DNA of 64,000 nt from Blasia pusilla (Eukaryota): positions 32,674,001 to 32,738,000 of the forward strand of contig CM114271.1 of the NCBI GenBank assembly GCA_050084515.1, in the 5' to 3' direction. Position numbers and translations under genes: made by a program. Shown in pieces: positions 24,584-37,399 of this stretch (positions are counted from its first letter, which is position 1; each line of letters begins with the position of its first letter). The notes under the pieces were generated by a model. That model searched no databases. It saw nothing but the letters and a program-made list of their open reading frames with translations, and had not been told where the DNA came from.

Positions 24584-26812
24584 TCCAGCAATGGAAAGAG
24601 GCCAAAATTGATGGAGTTTCCGTATGCTTCTGGGTTGATGTTTGAAAGTGATATGTGAAGTCTACAGATCTAGAAGCATAGTATATATGCATATAGCTGG
24701 GATTAGTCCGGTTCTGGTTAATACCCTTCTCGAAAACGGAGGCCCTCTACATCTGGACCCAAAGACGTCGTTTCTGTTCAGGTGGGTTGTTTCTCAAATG
24801 TCAGCGAAGCCTCCATTCAATTGACGCTAGTCGTGTCTTCTGCAAACCATTTCTTGGGGTCGACGACGTCGTCTTGACCTTCCAGCGAACTAGGACTGCG
24901 AGCACTGGATCTCGAACGCCTTCGCATTTGCTCGATGCGCGTTCTAACCGAAACCAATCACTCGGGATTTCGGGCTTTAGACCAAGAATTTCATCTCGCC
25001 GGGCTAAATGAGCCGAGTGCTATTGCAGCTGAGATACCGTAAGCCATCGCCTGGAATGGTAAAATCTTTCGGGCAGAATGTTATCCTCCGGATGCCGCAA
25101 GTGCTCCAGGAGCAATCCGGAAGACTAGCGGGGTTAGTGATCGACCTCCAGGGCCGACCGAGCACACAGCCGAGCTTCAGGTCCCAGTAAATGGGTGGTG
25201 TGTCTTCCCTGTCCACATTACTGTAGCAACGGCAGAAAGCAAAAGCTGGACGACTTGCGCGTATTATGGCAAGCTCCGCCCGAGCAATCATAAAGGTGTG
25301 GCTCCCCAAACGTGGAGAATAAATTAGCCGGAAAAGATCTATAAAGGTCGAGCACGCCCCTAGCTAGCTCCAAGAACGTGAAAGGTCACCACGGATGAAA
25401 CGACCGAGTATCGACGGAGAGAATTATATCGACTCCCCACTTTTTCTCTTCTCATAATTCCCTGACATATATCCGAGTGGTTTTCCAGCTTAAAACGCCT
25501 TTCCATCTCGAGTGGGATAGAGGAAATATCTCCAGGCTATAATTTAAAGTAAAAAAAGAAAGAAAAAGCATGATCCAGCACTGATCACAGCCAGGGCTGA
25601 GCACACTGCTAAACAACATCCGTCAAGTATATACCCAAGGTTTATTTGCGGACTAGGATGTCTCCTATTCATTCAGTTGGGATTCTTTTATTTCTGCTTG
25701 GATCAGGGGTGGTTTTAATTAATTATATCATGGCTAGGACGGAGTCACTTGAGAACGGATTTCACCCAGAAGCGCTAATGATTTGTTAGTTTTCTCTCCG
25801 GCTGGGCGAAAAAGCCTACTGTCAGGAGACCTCCTCTACAAAAGCGTCACGATGTGGTCTGAGAGACAGCCAATGCACCAGTGAAAAGCGAGTACACGGA
25901 TCTGCAGTGAACGCTGATCACGTTTAAGGAGAAGCCCTATCATGCGGCCTGGCATTGTGCACTTACTCGATCTAAAAAAATGGAAAGTTTCACTTTGCAG
26001 ATCTGCGAGGTCGTCGCTGCCGTACTTTGTCTTACGCCCAAGGCTGAAAAGGGAATCCGCTACATTCCGTGAACAACATACGCATCACGTTGTTTTTCTG
26101 AACAATGCAATTGAAGCAAACTCCGGTGAAGATTCAAGGAGCTCTGTAGGAGCTCGTTAAATCTTCTCTTTCTGTAAGTATCTACGTCATGGATGTCTGA
26201 AGTTCATCAGGATTGCAGCTCCTGGAATGCAAATCTACTTCTGCAGCCAGGCATGAAATTGAGATTCGTTATCCTAGTCCTGGAAAGAAAACATCGATAT
26301 TACGTGAACAGCATACGCATTGCATTTATTCTGATCGATGCACTAATTTGAAGCAACTCCCCATGGAACTGAATGCACCCTTAAATCTCCTCCCTCTAAA
26401 GATAACTAGATGCATCATATCATCAGCTGTGTGGCTGCATCTCCTGAAATGCGAGTCTTATGGAGCGGACATGAACATTGAGAAGTAGTCATTGGACCTT
26501 ACCGCAACGTTAACCACCGACTTCAGGGTGGTTGAGCTGTACATAGGTGACATACATGGCTAGCAAGATGAAAATTTTAAAAGCAAGAGGTAACTGGAAT
26601 TTCTCAGCTTTTCCGCAAACATTTAGGAGAGCCGCTTCCATGCATTTTACTGGACAGCCGAAAATTATATCTTGTGGCTTCTCGACCGCTCTGCTTAACC
26701 AGCTTCCTTCCCATTGAAATCCGGGTTTGAAATGTCGTCGATCGCTCATTGCCTTGGTGAGAGTGGTGTACGAGCTCCGAGAATAGACTCTCACTTTCAG
26801 ATGAGTAAACGC

Positions 26813-26833
26813 ATATATATATATATATATATA
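26813..26833. repeat. (AT)n microsatellite
   Basis: About 10 AT units. Confidence 0.9.
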
Positions 26834-28996
26834 AGGATCAGCTAGTTTGATCGAGCTTCGTATCAATGGCTTCGGCTTTCGAACGTCCGAAGTAACCTCG
26901 GAAACGTTCTTCTAGCTCGGATTGGCCCAAATTGAGGATGAGGTCTGCTTCTTCCAGTTTGGAGGAGTTTGTGCGTTTGGTATATTTGGCCGAAATCGTG
27001 AACGTCGTCACAGGATCGAGAGGAAAATCCAGGATTCTAACAGTTACTGTTTCACAGAAATACTAAGTGATAGGAGTGAAAATGTGAAGGAATGAGGAAA
27101 AACGAAAAACAGGGTGAGGTGCTTTATAATTGGAGTTACGTTGAATTGAAGACTACCTCAGTGAAGTTCAAATCAGGTCAAAAAGTTGAACAGTCTACCA
27201 ACGGCTTTTCGAAATCGGAAAAAGTGTGAAAAAGCTATCGAAGTCTCCCAGAGAAATATGCAGGCTTGTATCCAGATCAAACTTACGAAACCTCAAACTT
27301 CTTGTCTGGCCCCTCTTTCTGTTAGGAGCCAGCTATGAATAAAACAAACCATAGGTACATAAACAAACTAGGGATCGAAAATTGCATATATATACATATA
27401 TACTGGCATGCTTCAAGAACTTATGGAAGCAAAATTTAAGAGCACGAAACAGCGACAGACAATTTTGCCACCTACCTTTAACATGGTGCGTCCATTAACA
27501 GCCATTGGAACTGGTCAATATACGTCTCGCAGTTCGCATGACTGATGAGTAATTCCTTGATTACTTCTGTCTTTTTGTAGAGTACGCACAGTCAGGCATT
27601 CAGGTACATAATCGATTTCACCTGTCAGCAAGAAACAATTGGATGACTTTGTTAAGCAGAAACGGGAGCTACAGGTAAGACGCAGACTCATATGTTATTA
27701 ATGTTCCACACACTCCACTTGCAAGCGCGGAATGTATGTCGCGCAGTACGAGGTTGTCGTCGATTCAATCTGGGGGGGAATTTGGAGAAATGTTGTGGCT
27801 AATTTCTCAGAAATTTGGCTACGCTCCGCAATTAATTCTTGGAACAATTCCAAGGCCTTCGAAAACAGAAAGAAAATCTCCCTCACTCAAGAAACCTCTC
27901 CTCCATGGAGAGCACAAGCCTAGCTAGCTCAAAGCTTGAAACCATATGGCCGTGAAGTGTGCATACCAGGGCAACACACACTCATAGAAAAGGGCTTCGC
28001 CTGGATTAGAGAATCATGTTAATCCTCCAGAGCAATTAAAGGTCAGATTGCGAGAACGTCAACTACACCGACGAGACTTCAAAAAAACGCCAAGCAGACG
28101 GTCCAAAAACCAATCAAAATAGATTTTGACCTGCACACATTTGGACTTCATTTGAGGGAATTCTCGACAAGAGCCCCAACAGCTGGCTACCTGATGCGGT
28201 GACCGGTGAAAATGGGTGCAAGTTGAGTTGGAGTAAATGAACCGGGACATTCCAAGTTTAAGGCTTCGTTCGCACTTGTTTCCTTGACCATTCAAAGCTA
28301 TCCATCAATCACGACATGCTTGTAGGATGCGGTGACCATTATAATTTCGTTAAAGAATCATAAATGCTCTTTTGGAAAGGTCTACTTGACGGGGAACCGA
28401 GAAGAAAGCTGCCACGGATCGCGAGTCGTTGAAGGAACAAGGGTACACACGATGACGATTTCTTGCAAGGATTCTGCGGTGACCGCGTTCATAATATCTG
28501 ATCTCGCCTACTGTGGAAATGAGGTCTATTCAGAGATAGTATTCCTGGTGCTCGGAAGCACGTTCTAGATGGCTCGACATGAAATTGAAAGTCGAAGGGT
28601 ATGGATCGAGCCCGCGGCCCATGATGATCATGGGATGCGGCAATGGCATTTCGGTTGCGGGAACGATGTCGATCGTACTCCGAAAGGCATCATCACAGAA
28701 AATTAGAGGTCTACCAGTGTCGAGCGAGCAGCGGTCGTCGTCGCTGAGCAAGGTCTGGTGCTTATTCGGTCGACGGGCCAGGACTTCCGCAAACCTGTAT
28801 CGAATGTTGACTGAACGGCCCGAGACTTAAGGGAGTCGATCATGACGAAGCCTGCTGCAAGCCCCGTCATGAGTTCGCGTGACAGTGGAGACAGCTAGCA
28901 GTAGTATTTACTAGGAGCCTCTCATGCTATGATTCAGATTGAGCTCTTTTCCATGTCCGAACATCTCCATAGCAATCAGTGCTGCGTACCTAGGAA

Positions 28997-29203
28997 TTAA
29001 ATATTACGACCTGCGCTGGAGAAGTGGTCCGGAAGTCCTCCCCGTATGTCGTTTTCAAAACAAAAATAAAATTTTCGCAGCTCTTGCGGAAGTCGCAGCA
29101 CCATGACATTGTCTGGGTCAGAATTTGTACACAACGCAATCTGGTCAGAACTGCCAGTGCCATATTCAGTTCTGTCTGTCTCTCTCCCTCGCCTGGCTGG
29201 CAT
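28997..29203 (-). other. Short ORF (68 aa) in a putative exon of an unidentified minus-strand transcript; possible uORF or first coding exon
   Basis: GC-rich promoter-like region 29300-29960; donor TAG|GTGAGT near 29768; acceptor TTCTTCCCTAG near 29233; CCCGCCATG start; MPARRGRETDRTEYG...LRKFYFCFENDIRGGLPDHFSSAGRNI; donor-like sites at ~29010 and ~28990. Confidence 0.25.
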
Positions 29204-31710
29204 GGCGGGTCCTGGGACTCCCAAACTCTACTAGGGAAGAATAAAATATATATGGAAACCCATCACGATACAAAAGAGGGGGTATGGAGACCCAAAAAAT
29301 AGACCTCAAGAGACCGGAACCGGCCCCGAGGAGAAAGAAGGGGGCCTTCCCCTAACGACCAAAATCAACAGCGGAGACAATGAGGGCTCCGAGTCCGAGA
29401 GTTCGGTTTCTGGTCCGAAGAGGGACGAGAGTGATAATTTGATAAACATCCATTCAAAGATAACTATTGACGAGAGAATCTCCAAGCCCATAGTCACAAC
29501 AACAGCCGCAGCGCCAGCACGAGCTTCTCGAGATTTCGGGTCTGGCAGAGCAGCGCTACTCGTACAGCACAGGAAGCACAACTCTTGGCATTCCTCGGCG
29601 TTTTCTTTATGAGGAAGGCCCAGTCTTGCATGATTGCACAGCGCTAGCGGTAGCAGCAGCAGGAGGTTACGTGGGGTCTCAGGCCCGGTCGTCCTTCCTC
29701 GTGCTAGAGCCTAGCTAGAGCGGATCCCGCGAGCTTCCAGAGTACGAACGGACAGACGCCTGACTCACCTATGCTCCTCTGCTCGGAGCCTCCGATCCTT
29801 CTTACCCCTCCCCTTTGCCCAGAGTACGGTTTTAGGTGGGCACCGGGGGCTCTAGGACCGCGTGGCGTAGAGGACGCGGGACCTACCGAGCTTTCTGACT
29901 GACAGAATTTTCAACCCGGAAACATTTACTCCTCCGGGATCCTGGAAATGGAACACGGGGAACGCCTACAAATCGTTTTAATTCATTTTTTCCTAATTTT
30001 GAAATCTATTTTATTAGAGAGTGCTATTTCGTTTGGCATTTTAAAGTAATAAAATCGATTTTTTTCAATAATGAGATTTTTCTAAATTAATTTAAAATTT
30101 TCTTTGAAAATTTTGAAATTTAAGTATGGTAAGTAAATTAAACTGGTGCTTACACTAGTGGATTTCTAATTCCAATATCAACCGGTGACCCCTCGCCACC
30201 AAAGGTCAAAATGAACGAGATATGGTTGCATGATGTGATTTGAACGAGTTCGAAGAGAGAGTTTTAGATACATTCCATGTTCAAGGCAGAGGCCATAATT
30301 AAAAAATATGTACGGCTCCAACTACAAGGACTTTTTTCTCACAAATGGCCGCCAATGGATGACATGTGGTTCTAGGTGCAATGTTAGTAGTCGCCTCTTT
30401 CGTGTGGAAGGTTGTACGTGGTGTGAGGTATGCCTTTTGATCAATCTAAGGTTTGAGTTTCCTTTTCAGGCCCTACATACACTCCCCTTTTTTTCCTATC
30501 CATCTAGGCTATCCACATGTACTCCACACGTCTTAATTAATTATTTTCTCTCCCATCTCTCGCAAAGGGCCGGATATTGGCTTTACGTATGGGGTGTTTT
30601 AACATAAGCAACCATCCTAACATGTTGTTTAGCGTTTCTTATGCCATGACACATGGTTGGAGCACTCTTCAAGGAGTTTAGAGGCCTCCTTCGTGTGGAT
30701 GGTCATACATGGCATGAGGTGTGCCTTTCAATCAATCTAAGGTTTGCGTTACTCGTGCAATGTTAATCCCTTGTTTTGCATGTAGCGATGTTTTAACATA
30801 GGCAGCCATTCTAATAGGTTTATCGACGTCACTTTAAACATGAAAAATGAATAGAGCACTCTCGATTATCTTCTTGAAGGAGTGCACACACGATTTTGCA
30901 TATATTACACACATGCGTTTATAGTAGTAATTTGGTACTCCCTTCCACTTTTGCACTTAACTACTTTCTGGATGGACCTCTATTCTTCAACATACTTTGA
31001 TTATTGATTATTCACAATCTTTCAGAGTTAACATCTTACGTATTGCCCTAATACAACTTCAACATGACCTAAAATCCAATGATGCCTTGCATGTACTATG
31101 CTTCTCCTACATATTGTTAATCCGCTACTTTGGGTTTTATATGTGTGAGGAAGTTAAGCATTCTCTCTTCTTCTTCTCCTATTATCTCATATTATGTATG
31201 CATTCATATGATGATTTTTTCTTTCTATCGGCCTAGCTCAAATCAATTATCTAACGTAAGAAATGCTTTCTTTTATGCACATCGAACTTACATTATGGTT
31301 TGATTCTTGCAACTGTCGATAAATATTTTTCGTCATCATATATGCAAGTCCAACAATCTTCTTTCAGTATATATTTGAATTCATTCCATGTCTATTTTGT
31401 ATTTTGGGTTGGAAAAACACCCTAAAGACACGACTGCATTGTGGAAACATTCCATATGCATAACGGTTAGGCAAGACATCATAATTTCCTTTCCCGCTTC
31501 TATTCAAGTAACATCCATATGACTCTCACTACATTTGACCCTCTCATTCCATGTTATTTACCGTTTTCTTCCTTGGATCCCTAAATTTGCACAATCCACT
31601 TATGATGCAAGTAAGTACAATATTGGACCTTTACAGAAATCGTCATCATGGTTTACATTCCTTTACGCCTCCACGCTTTGTATACAATTCCTCTAGGAAC
31701 AAAATTCACA

Positions 31711-32312
31711 TGTGACGAGTTGATCATCATTGATGTCTTGCGAGTAGACATTGCCGCCAACATACATCGGCTATCATGCCGACAAGTCTAAGATCCATCT
31801 AAGTATGAATCCTAATACATCTACACATGAACAATTGGACAAACCCAATATAAAATATGAAGTTGATGAAATATGTTATCAATATGTGTGATCTCCGATC
31901 AATCCTAGCCCATTCTTCAAGAAAGAATCCAAGTTCAACACACATGCAAGCTACAATTTTGTCACGTATCCCAACATGGATATGATCTAAGAATGATGAG
32001 CTTTGAAATTTGAGCTTTATTTGAGGTATATCCCCCTTGGGCATCTCTATGGGTGACATATACATCTAGGTAACCTCCTCCAAGTATGTCATCGATAACA
32101 TGGAGTATACAAGGTACTAACTCCCTAACAATAACACACATGGTCCTCTCATAGGACCAACTACTACTCAATTGCCAACTAACCTAGTCTCGAATCCTAT
32201 AAGCCTAAGTGGCTCCGCACAAAGGATAAGAAGGTCAATCTCTCCAAGGTTGCCACTCTTCATAAAGAAAGTATGACCTACATTCAAGGATACCTTCTAA
32301 TCGCAGGTCACA
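31711..32312 (-). mobile_element. Probable old solo LTR related to the Gypsy LTRs in this window
   Basis: TGTGAC...GTCACA termini, 602 bp; internal similarity to 44380-44710; GAGGTATATCCCC plus GGTGACA-N10-GGTAACC, as in the solo LTR at 47918-48563; no TSD. Confidence 0.55.
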
Positions 32313-34212
32313 TATGACCTCTCAAAATGAGTAAGTAGAAGACACCTCTAAGGCCTCAATACCATTTGCCCTACTTCTCATCTACCATAACATTGACCAA
32401 CCTTCATCATTATTATTTATTTCTTATTTTCTCATCCTTCTACGAATGTTTTACATGGCCACTTAGCATCCTATATGCTATGGAAATAAATGGATCTTAT
32501 TCTTCATATTTTTTTAACTTATTCCGTAAATATCTATTATGACAATTTTTTTTTCTTCATGATCGGCCCTATATGTAATGATTCCATTGTCAATGAACTC
32601 AATCTCCTGCTGTGACAACATTACAAATATTAAATGAATTATAGCAAGACCATTGATTCACGTACTATTCTTACTTATCTCATTTTGATAAAAAAACATT
32701 GATAATGAAAATAATTATGGTCACATCTTAACGCCACACTCTATAGCCTACACTAGAACCTACTATTTTTTGGATTTCTCAAAATTTTATGAATTTTGAT
32801 AAATCCTATTGTTTTAGTTTATTTTCTTACTATTCTTAAGATTCTATCAGAGTTATGAATCCTTCTGTCATTGGGACGCCTTTGCATAACTTTATCCTTT
32901 GGGCTTGTGAAATGCTCTTTAACATTCAAACAATTACATTCCTTTTGTTCTTGGTTTACAAAAGATTCTTTTGGAGTTAGATCTCCTCTTTCTACGCTTG
33001 CTCACATGCTTATCTACTTCAGAACCTCAACAATTAACAGGTCTTTGAACTCCATGCCATCTTTTTGTATATACCTTTCATTGATGCTTTGGACTTTTGT
33101 GTGCATTTCGCATCATCCATACTTACCTTCTCCAAATGTAGGTCATTCCCATTATTCAATTACCTCTCGTAGCAATCTTATCTTATTACACTCTATGAAC
33201 GCACTTTGATAAATTAGTTTCATTTTTTTAATTTGAATGATATGTTGTTTCCATTGTGCAGTGTGCATATAGGTAATTTCATCTTCTTGTCCAATTTCCT
33301 TTCATTGGAAATTTCTTGTTCCTATGGAACACCTCCACAATAAATATAGGTACGTCGCATGCATAAAAAATGTGTAATACGAGAAGGTTCCATCAATTTT
33401 CCCCGTGCTCACTTTGGTTCCAAGCTCACGTATTTTTTCATTAGAAGTTGCTTTTGTCCAAAACCACTTTTAATGAGATGCAATGTTGTGGATTTTGTGG
33501 CTATGTCTGCCTTGGTACTTCACCGAGATTTTTCTACATTAGAGAGTACTATGTACCCTCTATAAGCTCTATATATGTAATAGTTAAATGACAAGTTTTA
33601 TATTACCTCATAGTGGTTCTTTTTACATATGTAATAAGTGCTCTAATGATGGTGGGCAGTATGATGTAAATGTTTATATTATGCCTTCCTACACCCGCGA
33701 TTTACTTGTGGCAAACCCACTTTATTTACAATTTTTGTTGTTAATTGATAGTACGTTAGGAATATGTCCCCAATACAATGGTTTCCTTTAGGGTCAGAAT
33801 TGCTTCTAGATAGGGTTAACTAGAACATGGAAACATTTAGATGTGAGAATCTTGATTGAATATATACGAAGATCCATATTGTAATCCTTGTCAATCTAAA
33901 GGGCAACAAGTTATACGAGGATTACCTTTCCTTGATTGTATTACAAAGTCAATCATGTGGACTTGTGCTTTTTCCTTCCACCTTGATCGACAAGATTTTG
34001 GACGCATAACACGAGAAAGACATAGTAATGCATTCCATGAATGTCGATCCTTATGCTAAGGATTTAAACATTCTTCAAGACGTATAGTACTCTATGCTTG
34101 TTGTTGTGCACATACACATCACTACACAACATACATCACTGTCACCAAACACACGCACAATCCCATGTTAACTCATGGCATCCAAACAACGAGACAAGAA
34201 GTACCAAAATAT

Positions 34213-35074
34213 CTCCAGGAGTATGACTTCCACGTGGTACATAGATCTGGGACGCTCAACCAGGATGCAGATGGTTTGAGCCGTAACCCATGCTCGAGTT
34301 AGCGAGATGCAACTCGAGCTCAATGGCATGGAGAGAGTGATGAGGAGGTGGTGCCAAGATGGCACGCGTCACCCTATTTGGGCTTGTTGGCTATAGAAGC
34401 CAGATGTTGAGACTTTGATGGCTAGGTCTGATGGAGAGTCCTTAGATCCAGAGGCCGATGAGGAGACGATAGGTGGCTGAGACATTCACGACAATGGAGT
34501 GGTCTTGGAGTATTTGCATACTCGTAGAGTCGCGAGCACAATGGGTGCTAGAGAGCAGGATCGGATCCTACAACGAGCCAGACAGTTCCGGTCGGAGGGG
34601 ACACATGTGTTGCAAGTTTGGGAGGATAGTAGAGTGCGTGTAGTGCCTCATCCTTCGCAGAGAGCACGTTTGGTGCATCATGCCCACGAGGAGTTGGATC
34701 ATTTTGGAGTGAAGCGGACGTACAACTTGCTCCAGATATAGTATTGGTGGCAAGGCATACAGACTGACGTTCAACACTTTGTTGCGAGGTGCATGGTGTG
34801 TGATCGAGTCCAAGCATCGTTCAATGCTCCGACTCCACAGTTGCATCCACTTCCGATCATGGGTTTAGGTTATAGATGAAGTTTTGATTTTTCAGGACCT
34901 TTGCCTTTGACGGAGCGCCAGAGTCGTTATGCGTTGGTGATGGTCGAACACTTCTCCAAGTGGATAGAGTTGGTTGCATTACCTGACAAAGTGAGTGAGG
35001 GAGTAGCGTATTCCTTCCTAGATCGGATGCCGAGTCATTATGTCGCACTAGCTGAGGTGTTGATAGACCGTGGT
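34213..35074 (+). pseudogene. Inverted RNase H tail and integrase N-terminus/core of copy B
   Basis: LQEYDFHVVHRSG, HAHEELDHFGVKRTYNLL, CMVCDR, VMVEHFSKWIELVALPDK, AEVLIDRG. Confidence 0.9.
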
Positions 35075-35099
35075 ATCTACAACCAGATTGAATATTTGG

Positions 35100-35727
35100 G
35101 TCAATATAACACCTAGCAAAATCCAGACCTGCCAAGATCCTATCCATGACCCTTTGAAACTCAACCGGGGCGTTCTTTAACCCAAATGGTAAGAACCGCC
35201 ACAGGTACAAGCAATCCTTCCCGTGAGGATCAATGCCCCAAAATGCTATTTTCTGCATGTCCTCCAATCTGATAGGCAGATGATGGTATCTGGCTCGAAG
35301 ATCAAACGAACTGAAGACCTTGCATGCCCAATAGCATCAAAGATCTCCTCAGGGTGGGCATGGCATACCTATCAGACTTTGTCTGCCAATTGATAGGTCG
35401 GTAATCTCTACACATCTTCCTATCCGTCCAATTTCCATGCACATCCTTCTTGGCGGGCATGACAGTGGCAGATGCATACTCTCCATGCGACATCTCCACT
35501 AGTCCTGCTCCAACCAAGTCATGGCTCCTACTTTGAATCAGAGCCCTCTCCTTGTCACTGTACTTGTAGGGTCTTCGAAAGATCGGCGTGTCACTCGACA
35601 ACTCAATGCGGATCCTTGGACCCTTCAATGTACCCAAATCATGCATACTAAATGGAAAACAGTCCCTATAACTCCTCAGGAAGTGATGTATCCGCCGCCG
35701 CTCTCCTCTTGTCAACTTAGGGCCCAT
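35100..35727 (-). pseudogene. Reverse transcriptase N-terminal half of copy B, broken within YIDD
   Basis: PIFRRPYKYS, RKMCRDYRPIN, AFWGID, LPFGLKNAPVEFQRVMDRILAGLDFARCYID, then the breakpoint. Confidence 0.9.
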
Positions 35728-36094
35728 ATTTGGCTCTCAAGTCTCCATTGTGACTACGGTAAGACTCTTTGACGTTGGTGTAGGTGGTTGGTATGGTGCA
35801 ATCCTATCTCGGACAACAGAACTCGACTGCTCCCTTACAGCCAATTGCAAAATCGGATCTCCATGTGCAGTACCCGACACCACTCTAGATGTTGTGGCTA
35901 CCATCTCTAGGCGTACCTGCAAAACATCCCAAGAAGTCCAAGGATGTCTCTCCCGATCACCCATGGTGTGTCGATCTCCTCGGGTCTCGCCCCCAGCCAC
36001 TGCCTCAACCGTCTTGGTAGACATGGGGCTCACCAACGCAACAACTATGATCTATCACATCCGCAAACAACGTTGCTCAACAATTCCTAAGTTG

Positions 36095-37065
36095 AAAATC
36101 CATGTCAAGCAATTCAGGTCCATCGCCTGACCCAAGACATGACGTCGTGATGCCTCTAATAGTGATGGTATTGCCGTCACTCTTGTGGGAATCCCATCAC
36201 TCGCTCTCGCTCATCGGCGTTGGGCTCCACCAACTGCTGTACTTGGTCATCCCAAACCAAGCTAGGTCTGGCCTCCTTGAATGCATAAGAAGCTGGAAAA
36301 CTCACCAAGGTGGAAAAGGCTACCTATGGCATGCCAATCTTGTTGACCACAGTCAATGGCGGTCGATCATCGTATTGTACTGCCTCTGATCGATGACCTG
36401 GATCCAAAATAGAATCCACCAATAAATCAGAGGGGCGCTCCACTCTTGCATATGCCCTCCGCAACACCTCGTGTGGTACCAAGTTGGTCCACCAAAGATG
36501 CGGGCGGTGTGCTCTAGAACCTACACTTGCCGCATCTAATAACATTGTCGATCCAATCCATGCGCGCACTTGATGTGCACTTATCACCACGCGGGACCTC
36601 GAGTCGCCCAAAATCGGCACATTCTCAAGAATGTATGATGGAGAACAAGGCTGATGCTCTTGTAAATATCACAAGATCCGCATCATCTCCCAAAAAAACC
36701 TGGACCGAGTTTTAGTTAACCCGCTACCTCCTCCAGCACTTGATTGGCCTTGACACGGCCAACCAACAATGACCAAGTGTATGGTCCCTACGCTCTCCAA
36801 GTCCTGCGCCCCCAGCAATGAAATGTCCCTCGGTAGGGAACTCTGGTAACCCTGGATGGCGGACGCAGACAACAAGTCGGGAAAGCGGAGGCGTAACTGC
36901 GCCACATGATGAAGTGAAGCGCGCCTCGCAACATCATCAATCTCCACATACAGGTACTGCTGCACGTGTACTCTTGCTTGCAAAATAGCAGCTATATAAC
37001 CTAGTGTTGATCCCTCCAAAGAGATCCAACATCCGAATACCCTCCTCTGGGATGCGCCATACAAT
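36095..37065 (-). pseudogene. C5-cytosine DNA methyltransferase domain (DNMT3-like) of copy B
   Basis: IRMLDLFGGINT (LDLFGG 37012-37029), YLYVEIDD, LPRDI, IVGWPCQG (GWPCQG 36747-36764), ILENV (ENV 36618-36626), LDAASVGSRAHRPHLWWTN, VEPNADERERVMGF, RRHVLGQAMDLN (36112-36147). Confidence 0.9.
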
Positions 37066-37399
37066 AGATGTGGTGTCCAAGGGCGTCATCATAGCACTTT
37101 CGACTACCTCGGGTTCCTCTGACCCCTCACACTCTATTGCAAATGCCTCGCTCCATGCAGTCTGCACATGCTCAATGGCTAAGCATCGAAGCTCCTCAGT
37201 CGAGCCCCAAAGCGGCACCTCTCCTCCACGGACTGATATGGCGACCATGACACTCCTCTCCATAGAAATGTCAGGAACGGACGTATCCTCTGTGTGGACA
37301 TGTCCCTCAGTCAAATCACTAGGCCAAGTGATGGCACTGCTAGATGCTGCTAAGGTCGCCATCTCTCTTGGCCGTCGCTTGATCACTGAACTTGTGAAT

